From Paraphysomonas bandaiensis (Eukaryota > Protista > Chrysophyceae): DNA of 64,000 nt. The stretch covers positions 62,001-126,000 of the forward strand of contig CBFFRP010000363.1 in assembly GCA_965644295.1 (NCBI GenBank), in the 5' to 3' direction. Positions 23,176 through 35,210 of this stretch are shown here, piece after piece. The notes beneath the pieces are model-generated. The model was not told the origin of the DNA and ran no database searches. It saw only the letters and a program-made list of their open reading frames with translations. Numbering within the stretch: the stretch's first letter is position 1; the number at the start of each line of letters is the position of its first letter. The position numbers and the translations under genes were made by a program.

Positions 23176-26100
23176 TCACCGATTTTCGTCGAAGTACTTC
23201 GCAAGTGATTGTACATTCAGTGGTTTAGGCAGAATCTGACTTGCTCCTGCAGCTAGAAATATATCAACATCAGAAGGCATTACATTACCGGTTAGTCCTA
23301 TTATGTGACCGTTATAGTGCAGGCTCGTTCGAATTATCCGAGTAGCTTCTGGGCCACTCATACGCGGCATAATATAGTCCATTAGGATTAGATCAATAGA
23401 AGTCATTCCATCATTTTTCTGCAAGTCATTGCGAACAATATCTACTGCTTGGGCACCGTCCACCGCTTCTGTACACTCAGCACCATGGACAGTAAGTACC
23501 TTTACAACCAACTTGCGCACCAATACGGAGTCATCCACCACTAGCACCCTCTTGGCACGCAAACAGCTGTAATCTGGCGATGGCGAGGTAGAACGGCTAT
23601 GAAAACTTCCTGATCGACTAAGTGGTCGGTTACCATCCTGTTCACCCTCTTTTCGTCGGTAGGAAGGAAGACGAAAGTAAAATGTGCAGCCTTGGCCCAC
23701 ACCACCACTTGACATACCTACATCACCACGGTGAAGCTTCACAATTTTGTTAGAAACTACACGAATAACAGTTAACGTGGATATGTACAAAAGCTTATCA
23801 CTTACTCCAAAGGCCAAGACCAGACCCACCACCACCCTGCAACTCATTCGGTGAAAATTGAATAATTTCATTGAATATCTTGCACTGGTTGTCCTAAGCA
23901 GAACATATCACGTAAAGTAATCAGAAAGTACGAGGAAACAAAACCTCAGAGATTCCCACGCCGCTGTCAGTGACCTCAAGCCAGAGGGTACCACACCTAA
24001 TGTATCCCGGATCAGTAGGTTCGGATATTGGCACGGACCCTTCCGCTTCTGATATTAAACCTTCAAAGGTGTCTTCAGACATGAGATCTAAACAACATCA
24101 GTCAAGGAGATTAGTTGGGTAGCTGAGACATATATCTTTTCAGAATGTTGGGTTCGGAATGTCAAGCACACGGTGGAAATGAGAAAAACATACCACCCAT
24201 ATAGTCATCCGTTCGGATCGCTAAAGATACGGTTCCACCAGCAGGGGTAAACTTAAGTGCGTTCGATACCAAGTTTCTTATCACCTATATGAATACAAAT
24301 TACCCACCAACCACGTGTCGAATATATAAATAACTCGTGCGCACAGACCTGACAAACTTTGCTGCAATCTATATCTAAGTACCTCTCCTCTATATCCCTA
24401 TCCTCTATATTTACCACCAAAGCAATATCTTGTTGTCTAGCCTGCGTATATATCAATACTATAAAAATAGCAATCACGAGACTGTTACCTGGAGGTAGAA
24501 CGGCTTTACAGCTTGCAGAAAAAACGACGAAGCAACAACAAAGTTTCGGTATAATTCGAGGATGCCGCTCTCAAGCTTTTCATATGAAAGTAGGTCATTG
24601 AGAATGGAAACCGCGATATCGATAGAAGAGATGCAGTCCTGTAAACTCTGAACTGCATCGGCGCTACCCTCAAGTTTTCCAATCTCAGAATCCAACAGTT
24701 GAAGCCCCAGTTTTGCAATTGTAAGTGGAGTTCGGATTTCATGACTGACGTAACGTACGAAGGTCCGTTTGATAGCCAGAGTGCGCTCTGCCTGCTCGGC
24801 CGTTTCTTTCATCAGTTGAATCGTGAGTTGTCTCTGCTCATCGAGGGCACTGGCCATACGCCGTCGATTATCTGCTTCGGAGAACAGATGTTCTATCTGT
24901 AATACCATGTCCAGCCTACAGTCGTGTTTAGACAAATGGCGTATATTGATGCCACTATTGAACATATCCGACAATCTCCGAACATTCGGTACACACAACA
25001 GAATACACCGCCTTCCGTCCTCTGTGATGCAAACCTGTCCCTTGACAGCCAACGAAACACCCCTGCAAGCCTCATCCGGTAGCAGGGCTATCTCACATTG
25101 CGAGTAGTTAATAGAACAAACCTGATTCCAGTCTCTCCATAGATAAGAGTTCGGCGGGTTTCTAACTTCGAACACTTCTTGCATGTGTCTTCCTATTATT
25201 GTGGTCTTAATAAACTCTGTGAGGTGTTTCCCGTGACTGATAATCTTGAATTCACTGTCAAATGCAACGAAGAAAGGAAACAACTCCTTCATTTGATTTT
25301 CGTTTATTGACAACGGCGTGTTTTCTGTATTGGTTTCGTTCTCAGACGATTCGGTCAAGCATTCTCCAGGGTGAATACAAATGGGGTTGCTGTTGCTCCT
25401 GTTCTTCCGCTTCTTCAGTGTTGATTCGTCAGAAGAAGTCGAAGAAACAATATGCGGTGCAGGGGCTGTTCCGGAACTGAAAGGACACCTCACCGGACTA
25501 GTAACACAGCGCTGAATATCCACAGAGAGTGCCGGGCAATGTTCTCCACTTTCGTTCCCATTTTGTACAGTAAGGGTCCCATTAGGCCCATCACCACTAG
25601 TCCCGTCAATTGTTGTGCTCACAATGCGCCATGATGTGTGCGAATGGTCGACACTCTGCAGTTGCAACAATTCGAATTCCAATATGGTACGATAAAAATA
25701 CTGGGAAGCCACCTCACGCACCATACCCACCACTATAGGGTAGAGAGATGCACCACGACTGCTCTTGTAATGAAGAAACACAACATCATCTCGGTCGGTC
25801 TCCATCTCACACCTATATATGAACAAAGTATCTCAATAAACTATGTGTATACTGATAGCATATAGCATACCAGAACTGAGGTGCTTTCATATCCGGCAGT
25901 GCTACCATGAGGTGATTATGCAAAGAGTTGATGTTAGATAACCACTCATGAAATGTGTCCCCTAAACACCTCAACAGATTATCATACCCTTCCTGTCGAC
26001 AATACTGAACAAAATAAGCACCAAACTCTTCTAGTACAGTCTCTTCTGTGAGTCCAAGGAGATCCGCAGCGATAGACACTAGAGTATAGGTCGACTCGTC

Positions 26101-26226
26101 ATTATAATAATCTTCCTTATGAAAATCATCGTTTAGTTTGGATTTATTGATAATACTGTGCCATTTATCTGTTCCAAACTTTGATATGATGAGAGACTTA
26201 ATACATGCATTAATCCACCCATACAT
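23176..26226 (-). CDS. H-NOX-HNOBA hybrid histidine kinase (HNOB + HNOBA + HisKA + HATPase_c + receiver), about 891 aa
   Basis: Exons 26226-25871, 25812-24489, 24441-24349, 24284-24194, 24087-23945, 23893-23806 and 23756-23176 join in frame (2676 nt). H-NOX: MYGWIN, NINSLHNHL, PDMKAPQFWC, HYKSSR. HNOBA: LFPFFVAFD, KGQ, LCVPNV, LSKHDCRLDMVL. Kinase: VSHEIRTPL, RNLVSNALKFT, DSGVG, GSGLGL. Receiver: VVDD, ILMDYIMP, LTGN, KP. Confidence 0.93.
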
Positions 26227-27281
26227 CACTGTATACTGCTAGATATGCTGCTTGTGTGTTGTATGTGACTGATGTGAAGTGAAGTCAGCAGCTCACTTCC
26301 AACTGTTGTATTTGTACACACTTTCATTTGATGAAGTGAGAGGTACGTACATACTACTGGACAACATGCATATGGTATGGAATCGTCAGACTCCAGATAA
26401 AAATCGTCAGAAAGAGGACGAAATTATGGATGTTTTGATATTATTGGGAGCAAAAATCTAGAAATTCCGAAAAAATATCGTGTAGATTTTAGAACATCAT
26501 GTTATATATACTGCTGTATATTAGACTACTTCCTACAAGACTACGTACAGCAAATACAGATAGAGTAGATCCATTGGCATTTGATGCATGTCATAGCATC
26601 ATATCTCCGCATAATGAACGAATTGTTTGCATATGTAATCATATGTCTCTTATTGTTATGAGATACAGAGGGGGTCATTATAATCACCACTGTATTATGG
26701 TAGTTGACAGGATATCAGTGAGTATCACCGTACAATATCAGAGATACCATCACTACTCCTTCACTTGTATATGAAACATATGAACAAGTGTCACTTTATA
26801 ATATCAAGTCAATGCACGAAACTGTTGCTTGATTTGAACCTGTGAATCCTATAAGCAAGAGGTCTGCTCAATGCTCACAGAGTGATCGCCTCTTTGTGAA
26901 CAGGCGCCATCCGGATCTCAGATCGCTTATGAAGTAGATATATGCTTGATTATTGCCTGATGAGAGTGTTGAGTAATTGATAGTTCGTGGCCCTTTTTGT
27001 TGGCAGTATGCTGATAAATAATTGGTAGAGCAGTTGTGAAACCTGTGCATGGATGAGCTCAATGTTCAGCTAAGGACTCCTTTGAATTTTGTGTAGTGGG
27101 ATAATATCCTGGCACCAGAGTCTTTCCTTTTGACGAAGCGATCTATTCAATTAGAGTGAATAGTAAATTAATAAGTTTGTTTACCCTCATCTACAATATT
27201 TAATCCCTTTATATGAACAGCACATACTACAAGCTGTAAAATTCAGCTATAAATAACGAAGTTGAGACTCAATACCCATTC

Positions 27282-29768
27282 TTACAATATATACTCTCTA
27301 GCAACACTGTATTGAACAATATTTTCTGCTGGGGTACATGTAGTGCGCAAAAGCACGCTTTCTCTAATCCGGTAATGAGTCAAATACTTTTGATTTGAAT
27401 AACAAGATTAAAATTTACAGATAATATTTCAGAGTATTTGTATTGTCCACACTCTCCTCTCTATGTACTATGGTATCTCATTTATATAACACGGAACTAA
27501 CTATCTGTTTACCTTGAGCGAACTGCTCACGCGCATTGTGTTGTACTGAAACGGACTCCGAAAAGTTTGAGCCAAAGGGTTTTCCGTTTGATTAAATACA
27601 GTGTCGAAGAGTTTCTCCCGAAACATGTTCGTCATGTAAGCAGTATGAGATAAGTGCAGAAGTGCGAGGCTATAGATTTCGTTAAAGAGATATAGAGGTT
27701 AGCAGGTGTAGATATATAATACTTACCGGCTATTAGAAATTTTCTGTCTCCTACAGAAGCACCTGCGCACAGAAACAAATTAAAAAGTTCTACAAATTAT
27801 GTAAATCATCTCACCAAGGTTGCTTCTGACGATAATACTTTTGCGCTACTTTATCAGCAGTCCAGGGTCCGTCTTTCGGGTTGTATGACATGCAAGATCC
27901 ATGATTCCAGGAGAAAGGACACACTCCCATTGCATCCGCAAATTTAGGAAATTTCTGATTAGTTGTAGGGCCTGAGTAACACTTCGACATCTCCACGTAA
28001 TTCCTGTTATCCTCATATGCTAATATATAGAATGTTAGAGATGTATAGTTTGCTAAGCTTTACAAACAAAAGCAAAAAGTACTTGCAACAGCAACTCTGG
28101 AAAGTACACAGTATACTGTACATACACCCCCCCACACACCTTTAACGATACAGTTCTCAATCCTTGCTATCACATCACCATCAACTTCCCGTTTGAATCC
28201 TAAAGTATTGGTCGCTGTGGTCCCAGCCAAATTCAGTCTAGCAAACATCCAGTTCTCGCACTGATGTCGCTTAGGACTAGAAAAAAAGGAATCTATTTCA
28301 TTTCGTAAATTTCGAACATCAAAGGAGAATATCAATTCGTCAATATCTACGAACAGTACGACTGGGCTAAGACGAAATTCGAGTCGTGCTGAGTCAAAAG
28401 TCAATTGCTTATCTAGATCTAACAATGCAGTGTCATTCACCTAAGGGAATGATATTAGAGAATTAGTCTTAATACACTTGTATACACCGAAGATATATGC
28501 AACAAGGAACCATCGATGAAAACTCACCACCCCGTCCATGGTCTTTTCAGAATTCAGTTTCTCGCGAACATAGAAATTTAGAAAGTGCTTCGGCTGCATA
28601 TAAAAACAACAATATTACGTTACTGCATTAATACGGTACACAGATGCAAATATTATAGTCATGTAGTAAGCAATATGCTTACGACATACAGCGTAAAGTC
28701 ATCGATGAGCGGTGCATGACGCATACAGCAACAGTACTTGTTACTTACCAAAGTGGCTGCATATTCATAGGTATATATATCAGGGCTAGCTAGCTGCAGT
28801 GCAGTATATGGGTGATAGCGTATGTCATACACAGATAGATACTCTTTAACGACGTCGAAATGCATTCCAAATCGATCAAAAATAACAATGGTAAATCGTA
28901 ACTCCCCATAGTGTTTGATAAACATACCCATATAAGGCCCCGTCATTCTATTTCTAAACACTTGGGCCGTGAATACAACTTTGTTCCACGGAGGAAGAGT
29001 GTTTCTACTGTTTTTTAAAGTAGTATTGGGCATTGAAAACCGACTACGTTCAGCTTCGCGCAACAGGACAAGTCGATTTCCTCCTGCATCAGTTTTATTT
29101 TTGCGATGCGCAATAAACTTTGAATACGCTGCAGTAGAAACTTCTGCCTTAGCGTCTGACTTATGGGATGCAGGTAGTAACATAATAGTTGCTGAGAAAG
29201 ATTTTCGAAATGTATGACAGATCTTATGGGAAGACACGGGTGAAGAGTTGAACGTAGTGCCTTGTCTGGTGCTATTTACCCATACTGGGCAATACACAGA
29301 AACTCGATCATACTCTAAATTAACTGCAAAAAGCATGTAGTAGCATTTTAGTCCCTCCACATGGTATACATCAGAGAGAGCGGTTATATATCCCTTTCCA
29401 CCAGGGACGAGGAAGCTGTGCTTACTAGAAGAGACTCCTATCATGCGCACATGACACAGGTAACCCGGCATATGTGTATCAGACACCGTTAAATTGAGAC
29501 CCTTTAGATTATCTTCATAGAAAGAGGGCATAAACCATTTCCACCACAAACTGTTGGAGTTATCTTCCACAGACACTCCTGTTATGGCAAATGTATTCTG
29601 TTGCTCATCAACAAACGTCTTTGGCTCTGATCTGAACGTTGGGTATCCATGATATACAGTGTGCTTTTGACCATACACAGAGATACTCGTGTTTCTATAT
29701 GTATAATACGAGCCCCACACAAGTAGCAGTAATAATATATTATGAGCGGCTTTCCACAAGAAAGGCAT
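27282..29768 (-). CDS. Type II membrane protein, putative GT-A glycosyltransferase (GT92/DUF23-like)
   Basis: N-terminal transmembrane segment (ILLLLLVWGSY); FIKHYGELRFTIVIFDR and VLFVDIDE (DxD). Multi-exon; 3' exons and stop are tentative. Confidence 0.5.
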
Positions 29769-29897
29769 GACAGCTTATTGAAACTGCATAGCTCAACCCT
29801 CAAGTATATAAAAAGCCGTTTGATAATAGGCCTACTGGACTATTGTGCAAGAATATGACTGTTCGAGTCTCCTTAACATCATCTAGATGTATATGCA

Positions 29898-29959
29898 TAT
29901 ATGTACCTGTATACTATATGTACCTGTATACTATATGTACCTGTATACTATATGTACCT
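29898..29959. repeat. 17-bp tandem repeat (TATATGTACCTGTATAC), about 3.6 copies, in the divergent promoter upstream of the ovothiol gene
   Basis: Read directly from the sequence. Confidence 0.9.
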
Positions 29960-30321
29960 ACCTATATGCTCTATGTACTGCTGTACTGCTGGAGCTATGC
30001 TGCTGTACATCAAGTTGTAAGAGCCACACCATCCCTACCGAGAATACAGGTGGAATACAACCAACTGAGTGGTCTGCTGATGATGATGGTTGAAGATTCC
30101 TGTGTCCGGCAGATTGAATATTTCCCCTCCTGTCACACGCATATCTGATATGGGCATATACGCACATACACTATACTGTACTGTATGCATACGATGTTGA
30201 TGTGGGGTGTATGTGTGTGTATACAGGCAGCAGTTAGCATGCATGTCATCCTCACAGATCTTTAGTTGCGTTGCAATATCACAAACAGATTCGAAGTTAT
30301 TGCAATTAACGAAATATAACC

Positions 30322-33300
30322 ATGTCTATTGGATCATTTAGAGATACGGGACTTATTCTAGCGGATTTACCACCTGATTTACAGTCTCTGAGGACTGGTG
30401 ATATTGATGTCAAGCACTATCCTCTGGATGGAGATGTGGCACACTTAAATCATGGAGCATTTGGAGGATCTCCAAATGAGTTTATTAATATAGAATATGC
30501 ACTGCGTTCTAGAGCTCATAAGAACCCTTCAGCCTTCTATGATACGCTCTGTCTGCCGTTAATTAGAGAGAGTGTGCATGTTGCACGGGACTTCTTTCAG
30601 GGCAATGTTATTCTGCAGCCCAATTGCACCATTGCGTTGAAATCTGTTCTCTCTAGTCTTGGTTCTGATGAAGGCTTGCAAGTTGCTGCATTAGCTCCTA
30701 TATACGGGGCTACATCCAAACTTCTTCGGCACCTTTACTCGGATATCACTGAGATCAAGCCAGGAATGTTCTGCGAATCTGCACAAGAGATCATACGCCT
30801 CCTTGAGCAGGCGTACGCAAGCTCGAAATTTAATGTTCTTGTGGCAGATCATGTGTCCAGTCAGTCTGCGCGAATTCTTCCCATGGCTGAGGTTGTCCAA
30901 TGGTGCCGTGAACGTGGTATCATAAGCATTGTCGATGGAACCCAGGCTTGTTGGTTCCAAAATGATGTATGGCCGGACTACTACGTGTTGAGTACCCACA
31001 AATGGCTCTGTAATATTAAAACGTGTGCTGTTATTCGTATTGACGGAGAAGCGATTGTTCCAGAGCCTGTTGGAGTATCATTTGGTCACCCTGATAAGGA
31101 TGACCGGCATTTGTGGGTGGGAATGCTTGACTATATGCCTTACATCTTACTCGCAAAGGCTCTGCGAGTGTTTTCATCCCAAGGAGCAGATATGGTCGTA
31201 GCCTCTAGTGCTATGCTCCAAGAAGGCTTTCAATACCTCGGCTGCCCTGTCTTGGGCCAGAGCTCTGCTCAACCGTCCTCTGCGCATATGCCTCGCACTA
31301 TGACACTTCTACGTGTGCACCGCTGTGAGGAAGATTTACAGAATGCACTTGAGAGGCAGGGTGTGTGCGTATCTGTCAAGAATCTTGAAGGTAATACGTA
31401 CCTGCGTGTCTCCTGCTGGACGTACAACACCTTGAAAGACTTTCAGCTGCTTGGCGAATGTCTCAACTACAAGCTCCGACTTGATGCTGCAGTTGGAAGC
31501 ACGAAAGAGGCACAGGAAACACGCAAACGCGGCCAAATACTCGAGCAAATTGAGGCACAAATGGACCTCACTGACAAACTTTACTCCCATCTAACTGTGG
31601 AGGCCTTTTTTATTCGGGCCGAGAAATTGCGGCACCCGTTAATATTTTACTACGGTCATACTGCTGTATTTTTTATAAACAAACTATGTTTAGGCCAGTA
31701 CTTGAGCGATGCGGACCGCATTGACCCAGAACTAGAGTCTCTCTGCGCTGTGGGTGTGGACGAAATGACCTGGGATGATTTAACTGTTGGTGAGTGGGAT
31801 AAAGTTAGTCCTGAGGACCAACCTAAGCAACTGGAAAGAGTACGAAACTATCGACAGCGTGTGAGGGAGATTTTACGAAATATGATACTGAACCCTTCTA
31901 ATGAGCTTAATCTCCCGATTACTCCATCCAGTATTTGGTGGGTATTTTTGATGGGTATTGAACACTCCCGCATACACATTGAGACTTCCTCTGTGATAAT
32001 TGCACAGCTCGGTGTGGAGTATGTGACGCCTTCTCTCGCTTGGCCAGTGTGCCCTCATCAGACGGACAAGGCGCCCGTCAACTCCCTCATTTCTGTCGCT
32101 GGTGGTGTTGTCACACCTGGTCGACCTCTGAATGGAACCACTTATTATGGGTGGGACAATGAATTTGGCAGTGGGAGAGGTATCCAATTGGAGTCGTTCG
32201 AGGTCAGCCAGACGCTTGTCAGCCACGCTGAGTATGCGGAGTTCGTTAATAGCGGAGGCTATAACAACCAGGAGTGGTGGTCGGCGGAGGGATGGGAATG
32301 GGCAAAAAACAAGCAAGGGCCACTATTCTGGAATGTGAACTGCAAAGGTATTAATGCTGTGCAATATTATATTTCAGCTTAATTTGTGTTATGTGATGTA
32401 TTATATTAGGTAATCGCTCTGAAGACGCCAAATTGCGCACCATAATGCATGAGATCGATCTGCCACCCTCATGGCCAGTGGTGACCAACAACTACGAGGC
32501 TGAGGCCTTTTGCAACTGGAAGTCGAGCGTATTGGGAAAACACGTTAGAATGATATCTCATCCTGAATGGTTGCTACTGGCGAAACGCTGCAAGCGGCAA
32601 GACTATAATATTAACATGCGAAAGTGGGCGAGTCCGTGTCCTGTAGATATGCATGGGGAACCATTAGGCCAGGATGGTAGCATGGTGTATGACATTCGTG
32701 GAAATCTCTGGCAACATTCCCGCTCACTTCTAACTGTTTTGCCGGAGTTCGAAGTTCACCCCTTGTATGATGATTTTACTCTACCGACTATCGATGGACA
32801 GCACAGTTTTATTCTCGGTGGCTCGTGGGCGTCACTCGGCAATTGTGCAGACGTTGAGGCGCGGTATGGATTCAGAAGGCACTTTTACCAATTTGCTGGG
32901 ATCCGGTATGTTTGCTCGAGGAACGAGGACCGCAGTGCACCTGCCCGCCTCGTTCAAGGAGAGGTGTGTATAGCACTTTCAGAGCACTATATGAATTTTT
33001 CAAGTGATATTCTGACTACCCCAAGGCCAGTTATGAACGGAATGAAGGAATTTGGTCAGTATGCTTCCACTTTTATATCAGATCAAGACAATGTGCTGGT
33101 TCTCAATGGCAGTGTAGGACGTGTGACATTTGAGATTGCTGCTCATGCTTCCCCAAAGAGTATTTTGCATACTGACCCTACTGCGAATGCTCTGGATGCA
33201 TTCCTGTATGCCCGAGAAAACGGGACGATTAGATATGAACGTACACTAGAGGGGAATTTGTGTAAAACGGAGTCGTACGATTTGCCTTCGGAATGGCTAG

Positions 33301-34608
33301 ATGCTATCCGAAAGATAGATGTGTCTGTCAAGCAAGTGGATATGTTTCGTTTGGCAGTTGGGGTAATAGAACCTGTGGATGTTGCTGTAGTAGATTTGGT
33401 GCAGCTAGGTGTGTTCAACTGTCCTCGCCGGGCACAAATCCCTCCGCTTTTATTTTCACTGGTCAAAGAAGGAGGCAAGCTAATTATGCTACGACCCAAG
33501 AATGCCTATAAGACAAGTTCTGAGAACCTCCGAGTATCTGGGTTTCAGGACACAGGAATGAGGTACGATATCGCACACATTTGCCCTGAGACTATGCGCA
33601 AACACCGGTTCAGTGAGTCGGAGGTCCTAGTGTTCACTAGAATCGGAGGAGAGGAACTGAGCTGTGTCACAGGAAGTGGGACATCTTCTGAATGTTGCTC
33701 ACCAGACTGTACGCCGCTGTACGAGCAGTGTGATGTGGTGGACACATACGAAGCTTTTCACTATTCGGACCAACCCGTAATAGGTGTGAAAAACTTCCAC
33801 ATCGCGTGTGCAGAATTCTGTGTAGAGCTGTGTCGTGAATACGGGGTGACCTTGGAGCATGCTTTTGACGTGGGATGTGGCCCTGGGAGACTGGGTAAGT
33901 TAGTATTGTTCCGTACATCTGTCTATGACTCACTGCATGCGCCATTTTGATTGAAATAATGTGTTATCACATGTCAATATGTTGAAACCAGAGTTTAGCC
34001 TATGAAAATCTAATTGGTATTTGAAGGATTGGAACTATCTGCACATTTCAAGAGCGTTGTGTCCATGGACCAATCCGAAGCGTTTGTCGATATGCTTGAG
34101 TCTAGAAAGGCAAGCAATGTCACAGCTGTCATCGGAGATGCGCTGTTTGCCCACAACGATGAGAGAGTTGGAGGAAAACGCTATAACCTCATTGTTGGGG
34201 CTAATCTGGTAGACCGCTTGCTTGACCCCTCTGCTTGGATCCAGAGTGCTAAAGATCTGCTCTCTGATGACGGATTGCTAGTGATATTGTCTCCGTTTAC
34301 TTGGTCGAAGGAACACACTCCACCGGAAAAGTGGCTAGGTAGGCATATAACATTTATTTAATTAAATATGTAGATACATGTACTGTACTGTTTTCTATTT
34401 ATACGCGTTACTAATTGTGCATGGTTTATGCACAGGTGGATTTCGGCGTGATGCTGAGGTTGTGTACTCCATTCATGGGACGAAGCGTGTTGCCGCTCCT
34501 GAGCTCACCCTGAAGCGATCACCTCAAGAGATTCCTATGGCTATTCCTGATGCTGATGGAATTGTGCAGTATACTCTTTCCCAGTGTCTAGTTTTCGGGC
34601 GTCAGTGA
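30322..34608 (+). CDS. ovoA: Multifunctional ovothiol synthase: PLP C-S lyase + OvoA (DinB_2/FGE-sulfatase) + two methyltransferase domains, about 1331 aa
   Basis: Exons 30322-32347, 32410-33894, 34027-34338 and 34436-34608 (3996 nt, in frame). Lyase: HLNHGAFG, IVDGTQ, STHKWL. OvoA: LRHPLIFYYGHTAVFFINKL, AVGVDEMTWDDL, MGIEHSRIHIETSS (HX3HXE), YGWDNEFG, ARYGFRRHFYQFAGIRYV. Second methyltransferase: FDVGCGPGR, GANLVDRL, SPFTW...WLGGF. Confidence 0.93.
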
Positions 34609-35026
34609 GCTCTCTACATCATTCAGGCGAGCTTTTCACACTTACGATTGTTGCGTGCAGAGTAACCCACGCATTAATATATATTGAATTGATTCTACTC
34701 ACCTATCTTAATACATTTTACTTGACACAACTATCATTTAAGGTATTGCAAATAGTTCCAATGCGGAACTCCGGCTCTGTTTATGTGGGCAATTTAATAT
34801 CTTACTTTATTGGTTGTTGGACCATAATTCAATAATTATTTTTGTTTCGTCGTGGTGACTTCTAATTTTTTTGTTTGCATCATCATATGTGGATAAGATA
34901 AGTTATGATGGATGTGCGCTTCGCTGCACATATTGCGATGATACTGTGGAAGTGAATGCATATTACTGCTATATAATATTACGTTGTGGTAAAAGCGGTC
35001 CATAGTATATTTGGAATACATTATAT

Positions 35027-35210
35027 TGAAAGTCTTATTATTAGCAATAGGCCTTAAGAATCAGCACCAGTTTAGTTGCTAGAAGAAGACTAGTCCAGCT
35101 AGATGGACGTCTACATGTTACAAACTAGTGCAAACTCTATTATCCTACTATTTAACGCTACGGAGGCTGCTTGTGCGTCACCGCAAGCAATAAAGTGCAA
35201 CCATCTCCGC
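35027..35210. mobile_element. Dispersed LTR-like repeat, copy 3
   Basis: TGAAAGTCTTATTATTAGCAATAGG...AGAATCAGCACCAGTTTAG...CTATTTAACGCTACGGAGGCTGCTTGTGCGTCACCGCAAGCA, highly similar to 9156-9340. Confidence 0.65.

Noticed and set aside
12069-34608. An NO/cyclic-nucleotide/ovothiol redox gene cluster (PI3K, H-NOX kinase, ovoA)
   Set aside because: Thematically tempting, but the genes are separated by unrelated genes and transposon relics and nothing in the sequence shows co-regulation; conserved synteny would be required.
30322-34608. Ergothioneine synthase (EgtB/Egt1) or a bacterial contaminant
   Set aside because: Motifs LRHPLIFY, GVDEMxWDD and RRHF and the C-terminal methyltransferase are OvoA-type; the gene has spliceosomal introns like its neighbours.
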